Shown one piece after another: positions 37,105 through 50,699 of a stretch of 64,000 nucleotides of DNA. This DNA is from Hypanus sabinus. Its lineage: Eukaryota. The stretch covers positions 43,276,001-43,340,000 of the forward strand of contig NC_082721.1 of NCBI RefSeq assembly GCF_030144855.1. The letters are read 5' to 3'. The notes beneath the pieces were generated by a model, which worked only from the letters and a program-made list of their open reading frames with translations, was not told the origin of the DNA and made no database searches. Both the position numbers and the translations under genes were made by a program. Within the stretch, counting starts at the first letter, position 1, and the number at the start of each line of letters is the position of its first letter.

Positions 37105-38370
37105 AATCAGACTTTAATCGCCAAGTACCTGTGCACATACAGGAATTTACTTCCGGCAGATGTTGTCTCTCTGCTCATAACAATAATAATGATAAATATA
37201 AATGATATAATTGTGACTTCAAATCTGATGCAGCACAAAAAAGCCAATAAGATAAAGAACACAATACTAGATATAATGCAATAAATAGGGATAACTTATG
37301 TACATAGACTAATTGAATATCCATAAGCTGATGCTAAGCACAGGAGTATATGCACATCAGGTGACTCTGATATGAAATGATAAAATAGAGGGGGTGTGGA
37401 GGTGTAGGTTAATGGGAAGAAGTGTTGATTATCCTTATTGCTTGGGGAAATTAACTGTTTTTGAACCTGGTCATCCTGGCATGGATGCTATGCAGCCACC
37501 TCCCAGATGGGAGTAGTGCAAACAGTCAATGAGCAGTGTTGGTGGGATCCTTCATGAGATCACTGGCTCTTTACAAGCATCTTTTTCAATATATGTCCTT
37601 GATGGCAGGTAGGCTGATGCTGGTGATGGCATAACCATTGTAGAGAATTTCCTACAATTTCCTGTTCGCCACAGTGCAGTTTCCATCTGATGTATGATAA
37701 AGTTTTCTAAGATGGTTTCTACTGCGCATATGTAGAAGGACATGAGTAGAGATGTGCAGAGTCCAGCTCTTTTTAGCCTGCTCAGAAACTTAAGATGTTG
37801 GTGAGCTTTCCTAACTGTATAGGTTGTGTTCTGGGACCATCAGAGGCTGTGCAAGATATGCTGTCCCAGGAGATTGAAACTGCTCGTAGTTTCCAGTGCT
37901 GTGCTGCTGATGTGATGTGAGTTCTCCTGATTTCACTAATAATATTCTTTGTTTTGTTGACATTGAGGAAGAGGTCATTTGCCCGGTAGCTTCTAAAACT
38001 CATCTCTGTAGGCCACCTTCTCATTGTTGGTTATAATACCCGCTACTGTTGTGTGATCGGTGAATTTGACAATGTGTGAGCAGAGTGTACAGCAATGGGC
38101 TCAACACACAGCTCTGGGACATGGAGGGGCACACATGTTGAGGATGATGGCGAGTGAGGAGCAGTTGTACATCCTGACAAGCTGAGGACTGTTGTTGGGA
38201 AATCCAATACCCAGTTGCACAGTGGTGCATTTAGACTGTAGAGTAGGAGTCTGTTCACCAATATCTGTGGGAAAGTAGCGTTGAATGTTGAAATTAAATC
38301 CGGAAACAACAGTCTGACACAACGGTCCTTGTTTTCCAGATGCACCAGAGCCAGGTGCATGACAGATTTT
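37105..38370 (-). mobile_element. Rex1/Babar LINE 3' part; interrupted by CR1 and probably continuing at about 41960-42230
   Basis: HLALVHLENKDRCVRLLFPDL.STFN..FP..LV..L...LNAPLCNWVLDF (ORF 38043..38360); (CAGAAT)n tail. Confidence 0.8.
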
Positions 38371-38375
38371 TATAG

Positions 38376-41300
38376 ACAGTAGGTGCAGAAGTAGACCATT
38401 CGGCCCCTTGAGTCTGCACCGCCATTCTGAGATCATGGCTGATCATTCACTATCAATACCCAGTCCCTGCCTTGTCCCCATATCCCTTGATTCCCCTATC
38501 CATCAGATATCTATCTAGCTCCTTCTTGAAAGCATCCAGAGAATTGGCCTCCACCGTCTTCCGAGGCAGTGCATTCTACACCTCCACAACTCTCTGGGAG
38601 AAGAAGCTCTTCCTCAACTCTGTTTTAAATAACTGACCTCTTATTCTCAATCCATGCCCTCTGGTACTGGACTGTCCCAACATCTGGAACATATTTCCTG
38701 CCTCAATCCTATCAAATCCTTTAATTATCCTAAACGTTTCAATCAGATCCCCTCTCAATCTCCTCAATTCCTGCGTGTACAAGCCCAATCTCTCCAATCT
38801 CTCTGCGTAAGACAGCCCTGCCATCCCAGGAATCAACCTAGTGAATCTACGCTGCACTTCCTCAATTGCTAGAATGTCCTTCCTTAAACCTGGAGACCAA
38901 AACTGTACACAATATTCCAGGTGTGGTCTCACCAGGGCCCTGTACAAATGCAAAAGGACATCCTTGCTCTTGTACTCAATTCCCCTTGTAACAAAGGCCA
39001 ACATTCCATTTGCCCTCTTCACTGCCTGTTGCACTTGCTCATTCACCTTCATTGACTGGTGAACTAGGACTCCTAGGTCTCTTTGCATTTCTCCCTTACC
39101 TAACTACACCATTCAGACAATACTCTGCCCTCTTGTTCCTGCTTCCAAAGTGGATAACTTCACATTTATTCACATTGAATGACATCTGCCAAGTATCTGC
39201 CCACTCACCTAGCCTATCCAAGTCTCCCTGTATTCTCCTAACGTCCTCTTCGCATGTCACACTGCCACCCAGTTTAGTATCATCAGCAAACTTGCTGATA
39301 TAGTTTTCAATGCCCTCATCTAAATCATTGACATAAATCGTAAAGAGCTGTGGTCCCAATACAGAGCCCTGTGGTACCCCACTAGTCACCTCCAGCCAGT
39401 CCGAGAAACACCCATTCACTGCTACCCTTTGCTTTCTGTCTGCCAACCAGTTTTCTATCCATGTTGAAACTCTGCCCCCAATGCCATGAGCTCTGATTTT
39501 ACTCACCAATCTCCTATGTGGCACCTTATTGAATGCCTTCTGAAAATCTAGGTACACAACATCCACTGGCTTACCCTCGTCTAACATCCTTGTTACACCC
39601 TCAAAAAACTCCAACAGATTAGTCAAGCATGATTTGCCCTTGGTAAATCCATGCTGGCTCGGCCTAATCCTATTTCTGCCACTATTTCGTCCTTAATAAT
39701 GGACTCAAGCATCTTCCCCATGACTGACGTTAGGCTAACAGGGTGATAGTTCTCCATTTCCTCCTTCCCTCCCTTCTTGAAAAGTGGGATTACATTAGCC
39801 ACTCTCCAATCTTCAGGAACTGATCCTGAATCCAAGGAACATTGGAAAATGATTACCAATGCATCCGCAATTTCCTGAGCCACCTCTTTTAGAACCCTCG
39901 GATGCAGACCATCTGGACCCGGGGATTTATTAGCCTTCAGTCCTACCAGTCTACTCATCACAGTTTCTTTCCTAATGTCAATCTGTCTCACTTCCTCTGA
40001 TATCTTTTGACCCTGTCCCATCCATACATCTGGGAGATTGCCTGTGTCCTCCCTGGTGAAGACAGATCTAAAGTACGCATTAAATTCAGTTGCCATTTCC
40101 CTGTTTCCCATAACAATTTCTCCCATTCATTCTTCAAGGGGCCAACATTGTTCTTAACTATCTTCTTTCTCTTCATATAGCTAAAAAAGCTTTTGCTATC
40201 CCCTTTTATATTCCTGGCTAGACTGAGCTCATGCCTGATTTTTTCTCTCCGTATTGCTTTTTTATTTAAGATCTGCTGTTCCATAAAACTTTCCCAATCA
40301 TCTGTATTCCCATTCATCTTAGCCCTGTCATACTTCTTTTTCTTTAAAGCTATACAATCTCTGACTTCCTTTGTCAACCACTGTGGCCCCTTCACCGTCT
40401 TTGAATCCTTCCTTCTCATTGGAATGAACTGCTTTTGCATCTTTTGTATTATCCCCAAGAATATCTGCCACTGCTGATCCACTGTCTTTCCTGCCAGGGC
40501 ATCCGCCCATTTAACTTTGGCCAGCTCTTCCCTCATGGCTCTGTAGTCTCCTTTATTTATTTGCAACACTGACACCTCTGATCTGCCCTTATCCCTCTCA
40601 AATTGTAGATAAAAACTTATGTTATGATCACTACTTCCTAATGTCTCCTTTACTTCAAGATCACTTATCAATTCCTGTTCATTACACATCACCAAGTCCA
40701 AAATAGCCTCGTTCCTGGTTGGCTCAAGCACAAGCTGTTCCAAAAATACATCCCTTAGACACTCCACAAACTCCCTATCCTGGGGTCCAGCACCTACCTG
40801 ATTCTCCCAGTTCACCTGCATGTTGAAATCTCTCATAACGACTGCATTACCTTTAGCACATGCCAATGTTAACTCCCTGATCAACTTGTACCCAATATCC
40901 ACGCTACTGTTTGGGGGCCTGTACAAGAGAAATTACCCTTACTGTTCCTCAGCTCAATCCACACAGACTCTACTTCCCCTGTTCCCAAGTCACCTCTTGC
41001 TAAGGACTGAATCTCATTTCTCACCAACAGGGCCACCCCACCCCCTCTTCCCATATTTCTGTCTCTATGATAGCGCGTATACCCTGGTACACTCAATTCC
41101 CAGGCCTGATCCCCTTGCAGCCATGTCTCCGTTATCCCAACAATATCGTAGTTCCCCATTTTCATCTGAGCTTCAAGCTCATCTGTCTTATTTCTGACAC
41201 TACGTGCATTCAAGTATAGAATTCTGAGCCCATTCCTCCTCTCTTTGCTTAAAACACTGTCTACTGTACCTAACCCAGCTCCTTGAACTTCCATCGGGCT

Positions 41301-41950
41301 AATTGCACCCTGAATTTTGATGACCTTCTCAAGATCACCCAAACCTTCTACACGTTTAACCCTATGCTCCTTCTGACCAACCCTCTGGCTCTGGATCTCT
41401 GCCCCCTGCACATCTAGTTTAAACCCCCCCGAGCAGCACTGGCAAACACTCCTGCAAGAATGTTAGTACCTCTCCGGTTCAGATGTAGACCGTCCCTTCG
41501 AAACAGATCCCAATGTCCCTGGAACAAAGACCAATTATCCAAAAACCTGAACCCTTCCTTCCTGCACCATGCTCTCAGCCTCGTATTGATGTGCATAATC
41601 ATTCTATTCTTCGCCTCACTCGCACGTGGCACAGGTAGCAATCCCGAGGTTGTCACCCTGGAGGTCCTGCCTTTCAGCTTCACTCCTAACTCCCTGAACT
41701 CTCTAAGCAGGGCCCCCTCACTCACCTTACCTACATCGTTGGTCCCTACATGGACCACTACACCTGGGTTCATGCCCTCATTCTCAAGAATAGCCTGCAC
41801 ACGATCTGAGATATCCCGGACCCTGGCACCAGGGAGGCAACATACCATCCAAGACTCCCGATCTGCCCCACAAAATCTCCTATCTGCCCCCCTGACTATA
41901 GAATCCCCTAAAACTATCGCTCTCTTCTCTTCCCTCCTCCCCTTTCTAGT
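38376..41950 (-). mobile_element. Near-full-length CR1 (second subfamily), frameshifted
   Basis: ORF1 esterase VVVHVGTNDV (41414..41848); APE GITETWLQ, SSDHN; RT KFADDTK. Confidence 0.97.
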
Positions 41951-42949
41951 TGAGGCTATTAGTAGATGCTATTCCATCTGTCGTAGAGTGGTTCTATCTG
42001 AATGCATATTCGTGAGTGTCCATTGTGCCAGGAATGAGCTACAGGCATGTGCCATTATCAGCTGTTCAAATCACTTCATGATAATTGGTGTCATCCTCAC
42101 CAAGCGGTAGTCACTTAGTTCTGAAGGTGTAGAGTTCTTTGGTGCAGTTATAATGGGGTTGATCTGAAACATGTGGGAACAATGAAGTGTTGTAGAGATC
42201 TGCGAAGAGGTTAGTGAACTGGTGTGTACATTTCCCAAGTACTCAGCTTAAGATGTCCAGCCCAGCTGCCTGATGCAGCTTGACTCTCTGCAGAGTCCTT
42301 GTGTTTATAAAAACATAAAAGCAAGTGTAAGGAAAGATAAAATGAGAAAATATACAATGAAAGCAACAATCTGGACTCTAATCAACAGACCAGAGTCAGT
42401 ATCAGAATCAAGGTATGGTTTATTATCACTGGCAGATCCAATACCCTTCCCCTGTGACTCTTTCATTTCTAAAAAAGAACTTCTAAATCTTGCAAGACAG
42501 GCCATTATTAGTAGTTCTTCACAAGGTAAACAGTCCAAAATATTGAAGGTGACAAAAAAAACATAGAGGTGTACAGCAGTGAGATAGATCAGCTGGTTGA
42601 GTGATGTTGCAACAACAACCATGACCTCAGGAAGGGAAAGTTGAGGGAATACACACGAGTCCTCATGGAGGGATCAGCATTGGAAGAGCTGAGCAGTTTT
42701 CTTTCAAAGGAGATGTCTCAAACAGGCAACATCCATCACTCAGGACTTGCCCTCTTCCCATTGTTACAATCAAGGAGGAAGTACAGGAGTCTGAAGACAC
42801 ACACTCAATGCTTCAGCAACAGCTTTTTCCCTTCCGCCATCAGATTCCTGAATGGACAATAAATCCATGAACACCACATCAAAATGCTTTCCTCTCTTTT
42901 TGCACTAATTATTTACTTTAATTTTTTTAAATATATTGGCTGAGAGTTA

Positions 42950-43720
42950 GTTTCAGAGGTGGCTGACGTAAGTCCTACTAATGGCTGGAAATTGCAGGGC
43001 AGGGCTGAGGTGCTGCTCATGGCTGTATAAGAACAAATGCTGAGCACAAGCGTATTGGAAGCAGGGGTCTATTACACCAGAAAAAGACCCAAGATGCAGA
43101 CTGTGCAAGGAATTTGCTGAAACCATCTGGCACATAGTAGCAGGATGCAAATACAGGCAGGGTCAGCATACACTGAATGGCACAACCAAGTTGCAGTAAT
43201 TATTTACAGGAAGATCTTTGATGTGTATAGATTGGACTCTCCCAAGTCCAAATGGGAAACACACGAGAAGGTAGTGGAGAATGATAGAGGTAAGATCCTT
43301 TGGGGCTTCCAAATACAGACAGATGAGCAGATACTGGCCAACTAATCAGACATAGTAAAACTGGTCAAGGATAGAAGAAAGCAATAGTAATAAATGTGGC
43401 ATTCCCAAACAGCAGTAACATCAGGAAGAAAGAATTTGCGAAGATGGAGAAATACCAGAGCTTATTAGAGTAGGTAGAAAGGAAGTGGAAAGTTAAAGCC
43501 AGAGCAATCTCAGGGGTGATAGAAGCACTTGGGGCCGTGACAACTGGACTGGGATAGTGGCTCCAACAAACTCCAGCAATAGCATCTGAGATCTTGTTCC
43601 AGAAGAGCGCTCTACTAGGGACAGCAAGGATACTGCACTGAACCATCATGAGCTCAGGCCTCTAGTAGAGGGCCCAAGATTGAAGGAAAATTCACGTACA
43701 CACCACCCATAAGAGGTGAG
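42950..43720 (+). mobile_element. R4/Dong-clade (Rex6-like) non-LTR element, CCHC + restriction-like endonuclease 3' end
   Basis: CRLCKEFAETIWHIVAGC; Y.EWHNQVA; KILW.FQIQTD..ILAN.SDIV; VI.VA.P.SNIRKKE..K.EKY; GVIEALGAV. Confidence 0.85.
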
Positions 43721-43784
43721 AAATTAAATACCACTTATCAAAATTTATAGTTCCTTATTATTATGATTAGTAGTCATAGATGAA

Positions 43785-44385
43785 GGGTGGTAGTGGGGAC
43801 GAGCTCCCACTGCTAAACAAATGCTCTTCATGGCATGTGTCTCAAAAAGCTTTTGACAACCAAGTCCAACTCCTGGCCTTCACGTGTGGCATAGTTCTTA
43901 TGCCCAGTGGAGCTGTTCTCACTGACAAGAGAAGGGGCAAAGGTGGGCCACTGGCACCTTAAAGCCAGTTGCTCCTGGCAGATGGGGCTCATTAACCGCA
44001 GATGGTAGCTCATCAAGGAGAGGGAAAACTCCGATTTCAAACCTCCACTGCCTTGCAGCTATACCTGCTCACAGGAAAGGCTTTGGGAGTAAACTCTGAG
44101 GAAAAGTCCGGAGTCGGATTCCCAAACGTGGCTGACTGCTGTACCCAGCACTGGCACGGCAACTCCTGCGATGCTGCTGGCGCCAAACTGTAGTGACTTC
44201 CGTCGTTCCTTTGGATCCGTCATCGGCATGGAGAGGGAAGTCCCACTGCATGGGCAACAAATGTTTCTCCATATCAACTCTGCCCTGGCTTGCGCCCTGG
44301 AGAAGCCATTCCCAGTGACTACCAGAGGCACAGTACCCATGGTCGACAACGACAGACGGAGGCCACACACAAAACGTAGTGTTTC
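43785..44385 (+). mobile_element. RTE-type 5'UTR-derived non-autonomous element
   Basis: Contains ggagagggaaaactccgatttcaaacctccactgccttgcagctatacc..ggaaaggctttgggagtaaactctgagg, recalled as an RTE 5' UTR motif (not verified by search). Confidence 0.5.
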
Positions 44386-46249
44386 TATATAACAACAAAT
44401 TTCAGGACATATGCCAATGAAACTAAATATGATTCTATTTATACAACTTTTCCCTCATACAGAGAATATAATTGAACACATCAGGTATTGTTTAGACAAT
44501 ATTATTGTTTGCTTCAGTGTTTGAATCATAAATTATCAATCCTCACACCATAAAGAGTGATATTTTTGATAGCAATAATGACTAATATTATTTGACTCCA
44601 ATATTCCAACTAGTTATCAATGAACTATAAATATTAAGACCCTAAATTCTAATCTTTGATAAAATTTAACTTAACCTTTCTGATCTTTGGAATAAAATGT
44701 GGACTATGAAAGCCAGCTCACTTATTTCAATACAGAAGTATTATTGGGTGAGGCAAGGCTGCTATGAGTTGGTCCTACACCAATCAATTTACATGATCAC
44801 AAATCAGCTTAATCAAATTGGATAAAATTATGAATGGAAGAGGTCTATAATGTAACACACTGAGAAGGAATTCCATGGGAGATTGGCTGTTATTGAGCTG
44901 AGTTAATGAGGGAGAAACAAATCATTTTAATCATCAATTTTAGAAATAACAAATGCCTCACCATTTAAAAAAAAGCTTTGGTGCAGTTCAGATCGGCTGC
45001 TGGCTGGGTATGAAAATAGCAAGCATCTGTGGCCCCAGCAGGATATGAGTTGTTATTTTAAGGAGAGGGACAGCCCAGAACATTTACATTTGCCTTTTCT
45101 ATCATATTATCCAAATATCACCGTTTCTGTTCCAACTCATATTATTTTAAGAATCTGTCAAGTTCTTGTCCTTTAAAGGGACATTAGCCCTGATGCTACC
45201 CTTGAGTTTTGGCAGTGAAAACAAGAATTTCTTCATAAATTGTGCCGTGTTGGTTGTCAGAGTAACTTCACCCCACAGATTTATTCATTGAATTTGTGAG
45301 GAAAGAAATGTTAATGAAGCCTGATGGTTCAACTGTGTGACAGTGAGATCACCCCCATTACATTTTCAAAACTTGCTTTCTCTTCCATTGACATCAAAAG
45401 AATTTAGAAATGAAGAGAGTTGTACAATATGGCCTCTGTTCACTGCCATCTACTTTGCATCTAGTTGGTGACTGCTTCTACTAGTGCAATCATTGACAGA
45501 AGCCTGTGCCACCAGTGGATTGATGAGGCTGAAGTCATATATGTTTCTCCCTGCTATTGTTCATTCATTGTCTGTGGCAGGCTCAGTCTGGAAACTCTGT
45601 CTTTCAGGACTTGGCCAAGTGAGTCTGTGCTGGTGCAAGCAAACCACCCTTCGTGATGGTCATTGAATTCACAGAGAGCATTCTGTGGCTGTGCTTCTCT
45701 CAGTACTTGCTTAAAATGCAGAATGTTGATTCATCAATGCAGGAAGGCCAGGGGATTGTAATCAGGAGGAGGTCTCCCCGTCCATATTTCACGTGATGTT
45801 CTGAGACTTCACTGTGTCTGAATTCAATGCTCAAGACACCAAGGGATCCTCTGCCCTGCCAGCACACCAATATGCCCACAACTCCTGAGAGTCTTTTCAG
45901 AGTGGATATTCCCAGAATGGTGAGGGTGGAGTTGGCATATTGCCTATACTGCTCTTGTCTATTATTGGAGTCAAGCTTTGCACAAAGGAAAGTGAAGTAC
46001 CCAGCACCAGGACATCACTGCAGAATGATGGATTTTCAGATTCTATTTATCATGGATTTATCATTATTTCAGTAGTTCCTCCCATCATAAAGTCAGAACT
46101 GGGATGTTCACTGTCATTTGCAGAATGTTCAGTTCCACTCCCAGCCTGTATGCCACCCAGATGTTGACTAAATTCAGCCATGAGTTGATAAGTAAGAAGT
46201 GATATTTGCACTCATACCAGTCAATGGAGAGCATTCCATGATTAGATAT

Positions 46250-47460
46250 TGTAAGACCAAAGATATACAAACTGATTTAGGCCATTTGGAACATCAGATC
46301 TGTTCCATCATTTCATCATGGCTGAACAATTTTCCTTCTCACTCCCAATCTCCTGCCTTGTCCCATATCCCTTCATGCCTTGAGTATACAAGAATCTATC
46401 AATCTCTGCCTTAAGTACACCCAATGACATGGCCCCCACAGGCACTTGTGACAATGAACTCCACAGATTCACCATGCTCTGGCTATAAGTTCTTCCTCAT
46501 CTACATTCTAAAAGGACACTCCTCTATTCTGAGGATGTTTCCTCTAGTCTTAGGTTCCCCCATCATAGGAAACACCCTCTCCACATCCACTCTGTTAAAC
46601 ATTCAATAGGTTTCAAAAAGGTCACCCCTTATTCCTGGGGTACAGGCCCTTAGCCATCACATGACAAGCCTTTCAATCTTGGAATAATTTTTGTAAAACT
46701 CCTTTGAACCGTCTCCAGATTCAGCACATGCTTCCTTTGATAAGGGGCCCAAAACTGCTCACAGTATTCCAAAAGGAGTCTTACAAGTGTTTTATAAAGC
46801 CTCAACATCACATCCATATTTCTCTTGAAATGAATGCTACCATCACATTTGCCTTCTTCAGCACTAACTGATCCTGCAAATTAACCTTTATTGGATCCTG
46901 AACAAGGAATCCCAAGTCCCTTTGTATATCAGATTTTTAAATTTTTACTCTATTTAAAAGTAGTCTACCTTTTTATTTCTTCAAAGAAGGTGAATAACCA
47001 TACACTTCCTAACACTATATTCTATCTGTCACTTCTTTGCCCATTTCCCTGATCTGTCTAAGTCCTTCTTTAGCCCTCTACTTCCTCAAAACTACCAGTC
47101 CATCCACTTACCATTGTATTGTCCAAAAGCCTTGTCACAAAGGTATCAATTCTGTCATCCAAGTCTTTGCCATGTAACGTAAAAGAAGCAGTTACAACAC
47201 AGACCCCTGTGGAACACAGCTATTCACTGACAGCCAGCAAAAGAAGGCTAATTTATTCCCCCTCTTTGCCTCCTGCCAGTCAACCACAGTGTGATATGTG
47301 CTGGCATCATTTCTGTAATACTATGTGCTCTTAACTTGTTAAGCAGTCTCATGTGCAGCACCTTGTAGAATGCCTTCTGAAAATCCAAGTCCAGAACATC
47401 CACCTTTGATTCTCCTTTGAATATCTAGGTTGTCATTTCTTGAAAGGAATCCAACAGACT
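46250..47460 (-). mobile_element. CR1 3' region, degraded
   Basis: CR1 tail and RT C-terminal nucleotide motifs shared with 38400-39550. Confidence 0.75.
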
Positions 47461-49244
47461 TGGCAGACAGATTTTCCTTTGAGAAAACCATTCTGACAAC
47501 AGCCTATTTGCCCATATTATGCTACAATGAGCTGTGTAGATAGTGCAAAGACAAGGAATTGTCATAAGGTGAGTTGCCCACCACCGTAAAAAAGCCTCTG
47601 ACCTAATCCTGAGTCCAAGCTATTTATCTAGTTAGTCTATTTGAGTTTCTGGTCAATGTTAGCCCTCAGGAGGACTTAGCAAGGTTACAGCCATTGCCTG
47701 ACACAATGGGTTACAAATATCCCTTGTCACTTATCAGCCATTACTGAATGTTGTCAAGGACTAGGTGGCATGCAAGCTGGGACTAAAGCATTAGCCAAGG
47801 GGTTAAAAGAGAAATCAGCCATTTATTTTCTGTCAGTAGATATTCCATGATGGGAGGAAGATGGTTGATCTAAAGACACTGCTACGAGAAACAGCTGCAG
47901 TGATGCCCTGGCTCTGGGATGCTTGACCTCTCTTTGTGTAGTCTATGGCACAAGCATTCCTACATTTCATTCTGATGCCCATTGCTGTTGCTTTCACTAG
48001 TTCTCCTTGATGCCATACTCAGTCAAATGTGGCTGTGATACCAAGGACAGTCACTCTCAGGCTCCAGCCCAGTCGATGTTGTAAAGTCCACCATACACAT
48101 CTGAGATTGCTTTTTAAATTGTGGAAGCAGAACCACTGTATAATTCTGCAACAACCTAACATGGCTATACTCACAGAATTATGCCATATAGAAAATGCGC
48201 CTGACTCTTCCCTTACCATCCTGGCCATATCCTGTCCCAAATAAAGGATGGACTCTCTAGAGATGGGGCACATTGTTGTCAAGGCAGTAGGGTAGATTAC
48301 TTGACACCTTGAGCATTGAATTCAATTGCAATGAAGTGTTGTGTCATTAGGTCAAACTTTGACAAGGAGTCCTCCTCATGATTGCTGTCTCCAGACTTTA
48401 TTCCAGTGAGAAATCATTGCTTCCTCATGTTGATCAATATTTGGAGAAAGGATTGAGAGCAAGCAAGGACACAGAATATTTCCTGGGACTTCAATGACCA
48501 TTACCAAAGAAAATTCAAGAAAATCCTTTTGTCGATGTTGAATGTCATACCTCATTTCAGACATTTATAACCCATCAAGCCTTCCCTTTTCTTGAGTGAC
48601 TTAACTATTAATAACTGGACAATACAGTAAAAGTCCAAATTCTATGTTCATTGTAAGGCCTAGCCTGCTGGGAAAGATTATTCTGAAAAAGGAAGTGAAT
48701 ATTTCACATTGCTCCAAATTGTTTCCCAAAGTACCAGTTCAGCATCAATAACATTTAATAAGCTTGAAACACACATATGGATTTAGAGACCCTCACATTG
48801 TGCACTGCATTGGCCAGAACTGCAAAATGTTTGTAATGACCATGTCATTAATTCTTTCAAACAACACTTCAAAAAATGAAGGAAGAAAACAGAAAAGAAA
48901 GGATAAAATGTGTGCTTAGGACAGAACAAAAAACAATTCCTTGGTTAATAATTTTATGAAGAACTTTGATGAAAAACAATAAATCATAAATACCTTTAGG
49001 TTCTTCAGTGCAATTAATCTTTAACACTCAGAGCAAAGAAAACAAGTCAATAAGCAGGCAGATCTGACAGAGCTCTCTCCTTCACAGAGCCTGTTTGCAT
49101 AGTTACATGGTCTCCTGAAACATAAAAAATTCGCCAATGTAATTTCTCATTTAATTACACAGAAACCTTCTCTGTCTTTTTGAAATAAATGTGGCAAAAT
49201 TACGATTACAGTATCTCAAATTCCCTGAAGAAACAAATACCAAA

Positions 49245-49393
49245 NNNNNNNNNNNNNNNNNNNNNNNNNNNNNNNNNNNNNNNNNNNNNNNNNNNNNNNN
49301 NNNNNNNNNNNNNNNNNNNNNNNNNNNNNNNNNNNNNNNNNNNNNNNNNNNNNNNNNNNNNNNNNNNNNNNNNNNNNNNNNNNNNNNNNNNNN
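49245..49393. other. Assembly gap (149 N)
   Basis: N run. Confidence 1.
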
Positions 49394-50260
49394 AATTTAC
49401 TTCTCAGAAGTTCTGCAAAACTTTGATCTCATATCACTCAATTTCTGAAGGGTGAAGCGAGGTAGCAGTTGAAAATGGAATTATCCACATTTTTAAGAGA
49501 TGCTTTGATTTCAAGTTTTAAAACAAAGGACTGATGGAAGATCTTGATTGTAAGCTCATACATCGAAACACTCCCACATCAGGCAGAACAGCAGCAGCCT
49601 GAAGATTCCTGTTCGGAAACCAGCAGAAGATTTGTCCAAACAAATGAATAGAAGGAAGAAAGCAAATTGGAAGTGAGTTTAACTCTGGGTAGATTTAATG
49701 TGGGTGGCATTGAATTGAAGCCCCATTCTACACCCGCTTCATTTCTCTGCACTTTTGACTGCAATAGAAGGGGAAACTCACTTAGAAAATGGAATGGGAC
49801 TGAATTCAGCACCACCCAATTCAACCAACTGCTCAGATTAACATTTTCTTCCAGCCAAATGCAGTGAGTAAAACTGTGGAATGGTTACTCAAACAACGAA
49901 CATTGCAGAATTTCTGAAGCAATCCTTTTTCTGACTGTTACAATTCAAGAAGAGTATCAAAGATAATGTCTCTTTAAATAGTTAATGCCTGATAGATTCT
50001 TAAAATAAAAACAGGTAGAACAGAAACTATGATATTTGGGTAATGTAGTATAAAAAGCAGATGGTAACATGTTGTCTCAGTTCTGGCCAGCCCCTCGCTT
50101 TAAAATAACAGCTCATTTCCTGCTGGCGCTGCAGATGTTATTTGTACTGGTTAAACCAAGTTGCATTTAAATCGGGATGCTGGTTGGCACAACACGAGGG
50201 GCTGGGAGGGCCAGTTCCGTGCTGTTTAAGTAAATAAAAATAAATAAACTAGGTGTACAG

Positions 50261-50287
50261 GTGTGTGTGTGTGTGTGTGTGTGTGTG
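50261..50287. repeat. (GT)n microsatellite
   Basis: Direct reading. Confidence 1.
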
Positions 50288-50699
50288 AACTGTGCGGACC
50301 AGAGAGGGGCGCCAGGTAGCGCATATTGATTAACATCAAACGGCATTGGCCTGCCAAGGACAGGCAGTTGGATGGCATGAGCTGATTCTTCTCCAGGAAA
50401 ATCTTGCATAATCACAGAAGGACTCTGGTGTTGAGTGTTTGCCAATATGTCCTGCGTTGTGTTTCTAGAACTACCGTCGAATGTCAATTAATCTGCCGGC
50501 CTTGGGGCAGAATGTCAATTAATCTGCAATGGGGACCGTGAGTCTTGCCGCAGATTCGCAGTCTTTGTATTAAAACCCAAAATGTTCTCATCAGATAGGA
50601 GTAAGGTGGCCTACATAACTTCCCTCCTCCCAGGCAGGGCCCATTTATGTGCAACGGCTTCATGGGAGAACGATGCTCCAATGTATTCTGAAATAAAGT

